NCBI GenBank assembly: GCA_035221665.1
Contig: CM069131.1
Coordinates: 122,450,001-122,514,000 of the forward strand
Length of the DNA: 64,000 nt
Source of the DNA: Okamejei kenojei
Taxonomy: Eukaryota
Direction of reading: 5' to 3'
Each line of letters opens with the position of its first letter. Position 1 is the first letter of the stretch. The notes below the pieces were generated by a model. That model saw only the letters and a list, made by a program, of their open reading frames with translations, was not told where the DNA came from and did not search any database. A program made the position numbers and the translations under genes. This document shows, one piece after another, positions 51,570 through 61,671 of the stretch.

Positions 51570-52006
51570 CTCTTTATCTCTCCCTTCCCTCTCTCCCCCC
51601 CTCCCTCTCTCCCTCTCTACCCTCTCTCTCTCCCTCCCCCCTCACTTCTCTCTCTCCTTCCACTCCCTCACTCTCTCTCCCTCTCCCGCAGTATCTCTCT
51701 GTCGTTCGCTCTCTCCCTCCCTCCCCCTCTCTCTCTTGCGNNNNNNNNNNNNNNNNNNNNNNNNNNNNNNNNNNNNNNNNNNNNNNNNNNNNNNNNNNNN
51801 NNNNNNNNNNNNNNNNNNNNNNNNNNNNNNNNNNNNNNNNNNNNNNNNNNNNNNNNNNNNNNNNNNNNNNNNNNNNNNNNNNNNNNNNNNNNNNNNNNNN
51901 NNNNNNNNNNNNNNNNNNNNNNNNNNNNNNNNNNNNNNNNNNNNNNNNNNNNNNNNNNNNNNNNNNNNCTCTCGCTCTCTCTCGCCCCCTCTCTCTCACC
52001 CTCTCA
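51570..52006. repeat. CT-rich low-complexity tract spanning an N gap (51741-51968)
   Basis: Polypyrimidine (CT)n/(CCT)n on both sides of the gap. Confidence 0.9.
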
Positions 52007-52051
52007 CATCGGTATTTCCGGAATCATTTGGCATTTTGCAAACACAACTGC

Positions 52052-52525
52052 ATCTACAGTTCCTTCCTATTGAAGAAGAACCCTGGCCTGAAACAACTCC
52101 TAATCCATTCCCTCCATAGATGCCGCCTAGCCTGCTGAGTTCCTCCAGCACACTGTTTTTTATTTAACTCTGAAATTGAAGATAGACACAAAAAGCCGGT
52201 GTAACTCAGTGGGACAGGCAGTGACTCTGGAGAGAAGGAATGGGTGATGTTTCGGGTCGAGACCCTTCTTCAGACAATCACAAGTACTCTCACCGACGAC
52301 AGTTCAGTTCCGTCTGAAGAAGGGTTTCAACCCGAAATGGCACCCATTCCTTCTCTCCAGAGTCGCTGCCTGTCTCGCTGAGTTACTCTTGCTTTTTGTG
52401 CCTATCTTCAATTTCAAAGTTAAATAAAAAACACAGAATGCTGGAAGAACTCAGCGGGCTCGGCGGCAATGGATTAGGAGTTGTTTCAGGCCAGGGTTCT
52501 TCTTCAATAAGAAGGAACTGCAGAT
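52052..52525. repeat. ~470-bp inverted repeat of composite PLE-derived sequence with 36-nt spacer
   Basis: 52052-52275 is the approximate reverse complement of 52312-52525; spacer 52276-52311. Confidence 0.85.
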
Positions 52526-52526
52526 C

Positions 52527-53125
52527 AGGCATGATATTCTTCCATTTCAAATGGGAATTCCGATTATTTTGTTTTCCCAATTTTTTGTTGCCCGATTATT
52601 TGGCGGCCAATCAACAGCTGTCTCTAAGGAGGTTGCGTCCAATCACCGACCAGCTTCCCTTAAAATTCCTGTCCAATCAGCTGCTGTTTCTAAGGGCATT
52701 GTGTCCAATCATATAACGTGCTGGTCACTCAGCGGCCAATCAGACGCAGTTTCTGAGGGGCGTTGCGGCCAATCACCAACCACTGAAGCAGAAGATGGCT
52801 GCAGCCAACACTTTTTTCTGTGCTGTTTGCATACAGTGCTAGGCAAAGAGACATTTCAGGTAACATTTTTAGGAAAGATTTTTTTTTAGCTGTACAAAGT
52901 CATTTATTTCATGAAATATTTATCTTTTGGGGGTTATTTTACTGGTTTTGTGTTAGAAAAATTCTAAGCTTCTGTTATGTAAACTACCAGCAGAAAGCTT
53001 GGGAAACACTTTCAATTTATTGAAAATGCAGGAGCCTCCTGAACCCCCACTAAGGGGGCCTAACTGGCCTCCTGGACCCCCGGCCAATACTTCCTACTTT
53101 TTTTCTGGAGGTGAATATCATGCCT
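52527..53125. mobile_element. ~600-bp MITE-like element with 13-bp TIRs
   Basis: AGGCATGATATTC at 52527-52539 and GAATATCATGCCT at 53113-53125. Confidence 0.7.
52607..52775 (+). promoter_or_regulatory. Array of six phased CCAATCA boxes (NF-Y-like consensus)
   Basis: CCAATCA starts at 52607, 52639, 52673, 52705, 52736, 52769 (spacing 32, 34, 32, 31, 33). The array is certain; a regulatory role is not. Confidence 0.45.
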
Positions 53126-53328
53126 ATAGGAGTTGTTTCGGGCCAGGGTTCTTCTTCAATAGGAAGGAACTGCAGATGCAGTTGTCTTTGCAAAACACCA
53201 AATGACTCCGGGACCTAATTTTACTTTAATTAGCGTATTTTCCCTCTTATTTTGAACATTAGATTTGAGTACAAAACTGAATATTCAAAATGCATTTCAT
53301 GAACCTGTTGTTTCTTTTGTTTTAACAG

Positions 53329-53650
53329 GTTACAATTACTGACAATGACAGTCATCCAAAATCTGCTGTTGCTAGAGTTATCGTGAACGTTTTGGATGAA
53401 AATGACAATAAACCTCAGTTCTTGCAGAAGTTTTATAAAATTAAACTACCAGAGAGGATAAAACCAGATCGGGAGAAATCCATTAAGCGGGAACCCATCT
53501 TCAGAGTCATTGCTGCAGATAAAGATGAAGGCCCAAATGCTGAAATGTCTTACAGCATTCAAGAGGGAGATGAACACGGCAAGTTTTTCATTGAACCTAA
53601 AACTGGCGTTGTCTCATCCAAGAAGTTTTCTGCAGCAGGAGAATATGATA
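53329..53650 (+). CDS. FAT1: FAT1 coding exon (exon 5 equivalent); last few nt and donor site lost in N gap
   Basis: tttcttttgttttaacAG|GTT... = [107 protein letters not shown]. The QKFYKI.LPER.KPDRE segment is FAT1-like rather than FAT3-like. Confidence 0.92.
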
Positions 53651-53785
53651 NNNNNNNNNNNNNNNNNNNNNNNNNNNNNNNNNNNNNNNNNNNNNNNNNN
53701 NNNNNNNNNNNNNNNNNNNNNNNNNNNNNNNNNNNNNNNNNNNNNNNNNNNNNNNNNNNNNNNNNNNNNNNNNNNNNNNNNNNNN
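53651..53785. other. Assembly gap covering the exon 3' end and donor site
   Basis: N run directly after GAA TAT GAT A. Confidence 1.
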
Positions 53786-53977
53786 TATTTTTATGTATGA
53801 AGAAGCAGAAGTGCCAAGGTCCTCCTTTGATTGAACACTGAACAATTCTTGATTCTCTGAATATTGCATTAAACATTATCTCTGAACATTCATTTAAAAG
53901 GAAAGAGAAAGGAGGAGTGCGAGTTTGCGATGTTGCACGTGTCCAAATGACTAAATGAATAGGTAGACTGACCACAG

Positions 53978-53980
<3 letters not shown>

Positions 53981-54016
<36 letters not shown>

Positions 54017-54321
54017 TCTCTCTCTCTCACCTCGGCATCCCCGGAATCATTTGGCGTTTTGCAAACACAACTGCATCTGCAGTTCCTTCCTATTGAAGAA
54101 GAACCCTGGCCCGAAACAAAACCTAATCAATTCCCTCCACAGGTGCCGCCTACCCCGCTGAGTTCCTCCAGCACTCTGTGTTTTTAATTTAACTCTGAAA
54201 TTGAAGATAGACACAAAAGCTGGAGTAACTCAGCAGGGCAGAGTGACTCTGGAGAGAAGGAATGGGTGACCCTTCTTCAGACAATCACAAGTACTCTCAC
54301 CGACGAGAATTCAGTTCACAA
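53981..54321 (-). mobile_element. Second copy of the composite PLE-derived unit (paralog of ~51969-52310), 16-bp TSD
   Basis: AGACTGACCACAGCCC at 53965-53980 and AGACTAACCACAGCCC at 54322-54337; shares the unique spacer caatcacaagtactctcaccgacga. Confidence 0.8.
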
Positions 54322-54348
54322 AGACTAACCACAGCCCAGAAATTACGA

Positions 54349-54945
54349 TAGAACATAGAACAGTACAATACTAGAACAGGCCCTTTGGCCCACGATGTCT
54401 GTGCTGAACATGTACCAAAACCAACTCTTGTCAGCCTGCACATAATTCATACCCATCATTTTGTGCATATCCATATGTATATCCAAAAGCACTTATCATA
54501 TCTGCTTATCCAAAAGTCACTATCATATCTGCTCCCACCACCACCACCATCCCTGACAGACCATTCCAGGCACCCACCACCCTCTGTGTAACAAAACATG
54601 CCCCAGTCATCTCTTTTAAACTTTCCCTTTCTGACCTTAAAGCTATGCCCTCATCATTGACATTTCCCCCTTGTGGGGGGGAAAGGTTCTGACTGCTTGC
54701 CTGTGCCTCTCATAATTTTATATACTTCTATCTGGTTTCTACTTAACTTCTGTCGCTCTAGATAAAAAGCAATCAACGGTTGTCCAATCTTTTTATTTTG
54801 GCCAAAGTCCTTTGATCCAGATATTCCTCTACTGCACTCTCATCAAAGCCTGCACATCCTTTCTGTAATGGGGTGACCAGAGCTTCACACAATACTACAA
54901 ATATAGCCTAATCAAGGTTTTATAAAGCTGCAGAATGACTTCCTG
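54349..54945 (-). mobile_element. Older CR1 3' fragment
   Basis: atagaacatagaacagtac..gaacaggccctttggcccacgatgtc...gaccagagcttcacacaatact. Confidence 0.75.
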
Positions 54946-55789
54946 ATAATATTGGGAATTGCATGCAACCATTGCCATGGAGTCAAGTATCAGGTGGTGA
55001 TTACTATAGCAGTGCAGAGGCTCAATAATGTCTCCTTTCCCATTATTACACCCCACTTACCATTTGTCTTGCTTCCAGCTGAGAATAGTTTGACCTGATT
55101 TCCCTGGCAGCTGGCTCTGACTGCATTGGCATATCTTGGATAATGACATGGAGCAGCGTATCTGTCTATGCTGTGGGCATTCATGCCTGTTTCACAATTG
55201 AGTAAAAGTATTTATGCCCTCGTAAAATATTATGCAAATGCGTGCCTCTGGGGCCACGACATGGAATACTTAGGTGTCCAAGTCATTTCCTAAATGCACA
55301 TCTGATGTGGACTAATTTCCAGTCATTTTCTTTCTTTACTAAGTTCATATCCTCGTGGAAACATTGACAACTAATATATTGAGTAAGGTACTTAGTGAAA
55401 CCTGTGCAAGTGGCTCCCTTTGTGGACGATTTTGGGCACTTTATTTACGCACTTGCTGTGCAGTTTTTCATTTCGGTATCGTTGTATAAAAGGAAAAAAA
55501 GAGAGGCTATCATTCAAGCATCTTCACCCTCTGTGTGCTTGAGGTGCTGGAGATTAGATTATTTTCAATCCTGCTTGACCACAAGGAAAGGTTGGGTTCT
55601 GTAACTCACTTTTAAGGACCTTTTGGGGTAAGCAGGCTTAAGGGCCCTTGAAAATTGAGGAGGAGACAACTGCAACGAGTCTTTTGTGGCCAGCTGCAGC
55701 TGGGATTGTAAAATGGCCCCAATGGCACCTCTTGTCTATGGTGGGCAGCTCTGTGCATACTGCACTAACTGGGGCGATTGTGTTTATGT

Positions 55790-56385
55790 ACAGGGTTAGT
55801 CTTGGAGGTGATATTGCAGTTGTATAAGATGTTGGTGAGACTACATTTAGAATATTGTGTTCAGTTCTGGGCACCATGTTATAGGAAAGATATTGTCAAG
55901 CTTGAAAGAGTTCAGAGAAGATTTACAAGGATGTTGCCAGGAATAGAGGGTGTGAGCTTTCAGGAGAGGTTGAGTAGGCTGGGTCTCTATTCTTTGGAGT
56001 GCAGGAGGATGAGGGGTGATCTTATAGAGGTGTATAAAATAATGAGAGGAACAGATCGGGTAGATGCACAGAATCTCTTGCCCAGAGTAGGAGAATCGAG
56101 GACCAGAGGACATAGGTTCAAGGTGAAGGGGAAAAGATTTAATAGGATTCTGAGGGGTAACTTTTTCACACAAAGGGTGGTGGGTGTATGGAACAAGCTG
56201 CCTGAGGAAGTAGTTGAGGCTAGGACTATCCCAACGTTTAAGAAACAGTTAAACAGGTACATGCATAGGACCGGTTTGGTGGGTTATGGGCCAAGCGCAG
56301 GCAGGTGGGACTAGTGTAGCTGGGACATGTTGGCCAGTGTGGGCAAGTTGGGCCAAAGGGCCAGTTTCCACACTGTATGACTCTA
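55790..56385 (+). mobile_element. CR1 LINE 3' fragment with open C-terminal ORF2
   Basis: LYKMLVRLHLEYCVQFWAP..LERVQRRFTRMLPG..LGLYSLECRRMRGDLIEVYKIM..RTRGH..NFFTQRVVGVWNKLP. Confidence 0.92.
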
Positions 56386-56488
56386 AGACTGAGATGTGCA
56401 GATCTGTGTTTGGGAGGTCTTCACGGTTCTGTACAATTCTGATATAGACAATATAAGGCATTTTGCTAAGATTTGCGTCTTTTGACAG

Positions 56489-56699
56489 ATAAAAGTTGTG
56501 GATAATGGACGTCCTCAGAAGTCAGCTACAGCTCGGCTGCACATTGAGTGGATCGTGAAACCTGAGCCACCTTCCGTACCATGGCATTTTGAAGAACCTC
56601 TATTTTCCTTTAGCATCATGGAGAGTGATCCAATTACTCATATGGTGGGAGTCATTGCAGTTAAACCATTTGGCACCACCCTCTGGTTTGATATCACTG
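56489..56699 (+). CDS. FAT1: FAT1 coding exon (211 nt; exon 6 equivalent)
   Basis: gcgtcttttgacAG|ATA AAA GTT GTG GAT AAT GGA... = [70 protein letters not shown](G); donor G|GTAAGT; phase 0-1. Confidence 0.92.
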
Positions 56700-59169
56700 G
56701 TAAGTAATATGATGGACCTCTCACATTTGTAGTCATTTTGATATGAACATTTTTTTTCTAAATTGGTTACTTTACAATATTGGTTAATTTGGGTGCAGAT
56801 TTTTTTGTTTTGGGTTTTCTTGTTATGTGTTTTTTCTCAGCATTTTTTGAATTTGGGAAATTCTCCAATAGGACTGAAGTACTTGCCCAGTTTCTGTAAA
56901 ATAAACCTCCTCAGAAATCATCACAACTTAATTTCATATTGGAAAAGTTTAGAAGGATATGGGCCAAATGCGAGCAGGTGGGAGTAGTGTAGATGAGGCA
57001 TCTTAGTCAGCATGACAAGTTGGGCCAAAAAACCTGTTCTCTGCTATATAAATCTATGACTATGAATTGTTTATGCTAAGTTCATAAGCCATGGAAATTT
57101 GGAAAAAAAAGTGGCTATTTTTATTTTGTGGCCTGTTTTCCAATGACCAAAAACTTGACAATCAGACACCCATTGGCCGTTTACTATTCAGAGATGAAAA
57201 CTAATCTTGGTAGAGAACGGACATACCTCCCTGATTAGTTTTACTACCTGCAAGATGCACAAAAGGTAATATGTGCCATACCATTAACTAAATCTATCCC
57301 ATGAAACATATTACCATTTTGTTTTTTGCCCAATATTCCAGCATCCACAGTTTTGTTTTTGTCCACATCAATTGACCTTCTTTGATCCAGTGAAAGAAAA
57401 ACAAAATGAGTCATTGTCATTTTTTTAATCCCAAGGTGTCTTTATTGATTTTCTTGAATCCGATTGATCATTCTATATTTAGAAACGTATGAATAATTGA
57501 ATCGGACATAATTTTTGTACCATATCCATCTATGTCTGATTGTAAATTGGAGGTAATTTCAAAAATGGACATAACATCTATTGCTTACATATAATTTAGA
57601 CATTATGTTTAAATAATGAAATTATAATAGTACCAACAATGGAAGTTTTATCATTTGACACTTGAAAGTCGGATTTATAATTGTAGTTTATGATCTTACT
57701 TTACTTAGAAGTTAAAATTAAAGAAAACCATCATCTGAGATGTATAATAATTGAGATTACATTAATTCAGTATTTTTGTGCATTTAATATATGATCTAAG
57801 TATTTAAATTATTTTTTTGTGATGGTTGATTATAATTGGAAAAGGGGCTGAGACCGTGTTCAATGTATGCATGTGCATGTTAATCTGTAAATTGCAGTTT
57901 GCACAAAAACTGGAAAATGAGTGGTGATTGTTCGACCTGCACTCCCGGTGGGGAGCAGCATTTAAAAGAGAGTGCATCTTGGGAGGTCACAGATGCTTGG
58001 CCTCGATTATTTCATCTATTAATCTTGTCGGACAAAATCAAAGTCTTCATGTTCTCCATGAATGCTGCTTTCCATCGGGAGGACAGGATTACACAAGTGT
58101 CCTTTATTAGATTTTTTTTTTATTATTTTGCCTCTTGTTATGTATTTCCTTTTTATCCAGATTCTAATGAACTAATCTCATTTCTTTTCTTTTCTATCCT
58201 TGCTGCCTTTTCTGTCTTCGACTGTATTTCTGGCTCTGCAAGGTGACAAACAAACTAGAGAAATGTTTTATATCTTTCAGATGGCTTGTGACAACTGTAC
58301 AGCAGAAGGTATCTGCTGCCATCTCATAATTATACTTTGGTACTGCCTTATGCGATCTACTAATTAGATTACGATTGAAATGTTATAACTGCTTTTATAA
58401 ACAAGAAAAAAATGTTGCCCAAATGATTTGTGCTCTTGTATGAAAGTTGGCACTTTTAGCTCAAATAATGGTGTAACTGGTTTCAAAAAAGCTGATATAT
58501 TGTCTAATTCATCAGATTTGTTCTTTCTATGTGTATCGCAATCACGCGCTGTGTATATTAAAATTTTCACCTGCATGCACCATTTATTAACTTTAATTAT
58601 AACTTCCAGTTCCACATTTGTAATGAAAAATGCAATTGGTAGCTTGTCGGACTGCATTCCCCTTCTCACTGGATCACTAAAGCCTGTGATTATAATTTAT
58701 CAAGTTTACATAGGCACACTATTGTGACTTTGGGTACAGAAATTTAAAGGTGATAGTATAATGATGACGTGAATAACTTTGAAACTGTGAGTGAATTATA
58801 GTCGCATTCTATAATTTTGTCATTACCTTGAAAGTAATTTGAATAATTCTTAATTTTTATTCAATAATTATTCAGGTGTGTTGTGGAGTAGTGTATACAT
58901 ATGAAATACTATATATATTGGATAAATAATAGTTTTCGCAAGCATATTTTGTTTAATTTGCTTCCATGAACATTTGCTGTTTTGCATTAATGACAAGAGC
59001 AAATAATTAATAACCAGAAGTATTTTTTTTTAGTCTGTTAAGTTGTAAAATTATGTTGAATCAATAGATTTATTTTATATTTCTGATTGGAAAGTAAGGT
59101 AAGCGAGCAGTTAAGATTTTGCTTATTCGGTGATGCAGTTCCAAACTGACCCAAATTATTTGTAACTTT

Positions 59170-60365
59170 GACATCAATGCAGATGAGATGGTTTGTAAGT
59201 TACATTGATGACGTTGCTGACAATGAGGATGCTTGTCAAAGTAGAACATAGAACAGTATAGGCTCTTCAGTCCACAATGTCTGGGCCTAACATGATGCCA
59301 AGAAAACACAATCAAATCTGCCTGCACACAATTATTATCCCTTCTTTATCTGCACATCCAGGTGTCCATTTAAAACCTCTTAAACGCCACTATCTTATCT
59401 GCCTCCACTCTCACCCGCAGCACATTCCAGGCCTCACCACCCTCCGTGTAAAATGAACTTGCCCCACACATCTCCTTTAAACTTTGCTATTCTCACCTTA
59501 AAGTTATGCTCTCTAGTCTTTGACATTTCCACCCTGGGAATGTAGATCAGTTATAAATATGGGTGGAGAAATTGCAGATAACATTTAATCCAAGCAACTA
59601 TGAGGCATTAGACTTTGGGAGGTCAAATGCAAGGGGAAAGTAAACAGTTAATGACAAAATCCCTAACAGCTTTGATGTACACAGGGTTACTGGGGTCCAA
59701 GTCCATAGTTTCCTGAAACTTGCAACACGGGGAGTTAGAGTGGTAAAGAAGGCATATGGTATGCTTGCCTTCATTGAGATGGACACCGAGTGTATGAGTC
59801 AAGAAGTAATCTTGCAGGTTTATTGAACTTGGATTAAGTCACATTTGGTGTACTGTTCAGTTCGAGCTGCTTCATTACAGGAAAAGTGTACAGGCTTTGG
59901 TGCGGAAGAGGTTTACCAGGATGCTCTCTGGATTAGACATTATTAGTGGTAAGGAGAGGCTGGACTATTTTCTTTAATTATTTTCTCTGGAGCATCGAAG
60001 TTGAGGGGAGACTTGTTTGCAGTATATATTATAAGAGGCATAGATAGGGTCGCCTTTCAGAACCTGTTTCCCAGGTGTAACGGTCAAAGACTAGAGGGCA
60101 TAGCTTTAAGGTCAGAGGGCTGAAGTTTAAAGGCAATGTCTAGGACAAGGCTTTTACACAATAGGACTGGGTGCCTGGAATGGTTCTGCCAGGGCTGATG
60201 GTATAAGCAGGTATGATAGTAGCTTTGGAAATGCACATGGAAATGGATGGAGTGAAGGGATTATGGATCACAAGCAGGCAGAGGAGATTATTTTAACTTG
60301 GCATTATGTTCTGCACAAACAATGTGGGCTGAAAATCCTATTCCTATGCTGAACTATGTTCTAAC
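59170..60365 (+). mobile_element. Decayed CR1 LINE (+) containing a nested opposite-strand CR1 3' end (~59243-59540)
   Basis: ggtaaagaaggcatatggtatgcttgccttcatt, actagagggcatagctttaagg and ctatgttct tail on +; agaacatagaacagta..ccacaatgtc on -; GTAGA at both junctions. Confidence 0.7.
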
Positions 60366-61521
60366 TGCTTCGAACACTACCTTTTGGTGATGAATGTTTT
60401 TAAAAAACATGGAATTTGCTATTGCAGATTAGTTTGATCAAACAATTTAAAATAATATATTTATAATTCATTTCTAACCATTTGCCTCATGAATACAGTG
60501 GTAGAACTATATAGAGTTTTTTTTTTTAACTTGAAGAATGTACCATTAATAAAAACCAATGAGACAGTTCCAAGATTAAGGAATATGTTGGTATATTTGT
60601 AGAGCAATAAAGAAATTTGTGTTACCAAATTAACTTAATCTTCCTGAATGGTCCACGGTATGAAAAGTTTGAGATAAATGTGTACCATAATTGCAAACAG
60701 TTAGGCTTCCACAAACTGCCTTTTGTGAGAGAAAAAACAGTGGTTAATATGTTTAATAACTAGATTCAGTCTTTGGAATTACAATTGACATCAGAGAATT
60801 TAGAACTAAATAATTCAGCATAGATCAAACTAGCTGAGGAATTTTGCTAATTCCTTTTGCTGAGGGTTTAGAAATGTTGTTAAATCTTGTTCTTTAGCAG
60901 CAAGATATGGCAGAGTGAACTTCAGAAACTATTGGGAGTAAAAGTCCAACATTATTAAATCCCACCTACAAGTAATACAATTTATCTCCAGATAAATGCA
61001 GTGAAAATAATCCTAATTGGTTTTTGCACTTAAAACAGCAATACTTGGTCATATCAATAAATTAAAATACTTAATGTTATGCAAATCACCTAGTATAATG
61101 TTTAAATGACTTGCAAATATTCTGCCACAAAGGCAATATAACTTTGTATTTAAAGAGATGTATGCTGTTTTATTGCTACTTGATTAATAAAATGCATTTA
61201 AGTGTTTTTTGTGGATATTTGGAAGAATTAAACTTCATTCTCTTAAATTTAGTTAGCTAGGGTAATCAAATTGAAATGTTGAAAATGATGGTATTTATCG
61301 GGATAGGTGCAATAAAGTGTATTACTTCTAGAAGGTCCCAGACACTTAGGCAATTCAGAGGTGCAAGCAGGAAGCTCATTTTTACCTGGAAGATCTCACT
61401 TAAAGTATGGTAGATGTTGGGTCAATGAACATGTTTGAGATTAGGATTCATTTGGGTTGGCTGTGGGCAAAATAATGTGCAAATATAGCTAGGGTACCCA
61501 TAACCCATAATCTAATTGAAT

Positions 61522-61665
61522 AGTTTGTAGGCTAATTGGCTTGGTATAATTGTAAATTGTCCCTACTGTACGAAGAATATTGTTAGCGTGCGGGGATCAC
61601 TGGTCAGCGCTGACTCGATGTGCCAAAGGGCCTGTTTCCATGCTGTATCTCTAAACTTAACTAAA
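61522..61665 (+). mobile_element. HE1-like SINE 3' half
   Basis: gtttgtaggctaattggcttggtataattgtaaattgtccc...gggcctgtttccatgctgtatctctaaac. Confidence 0.75.
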
Positions 61666-61671
61666 ATAATA

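Noticed and set aside
4763-56699. Assignment to FAT3 or FAT2
   Set aside because: [29 protein letters not shown] and FSAAGEYD fit FAT1 better as I recall the paralogs, although QQAEH is FAT3-like. A phylogeny would confirm.
56700-61670. Next FAT1 exon or cryptic exons (e.g. pyrimidine tract near 58180-58280)
   Set aside because: No cadherin-like reading frame found; the next exon probably lies beyond the window.
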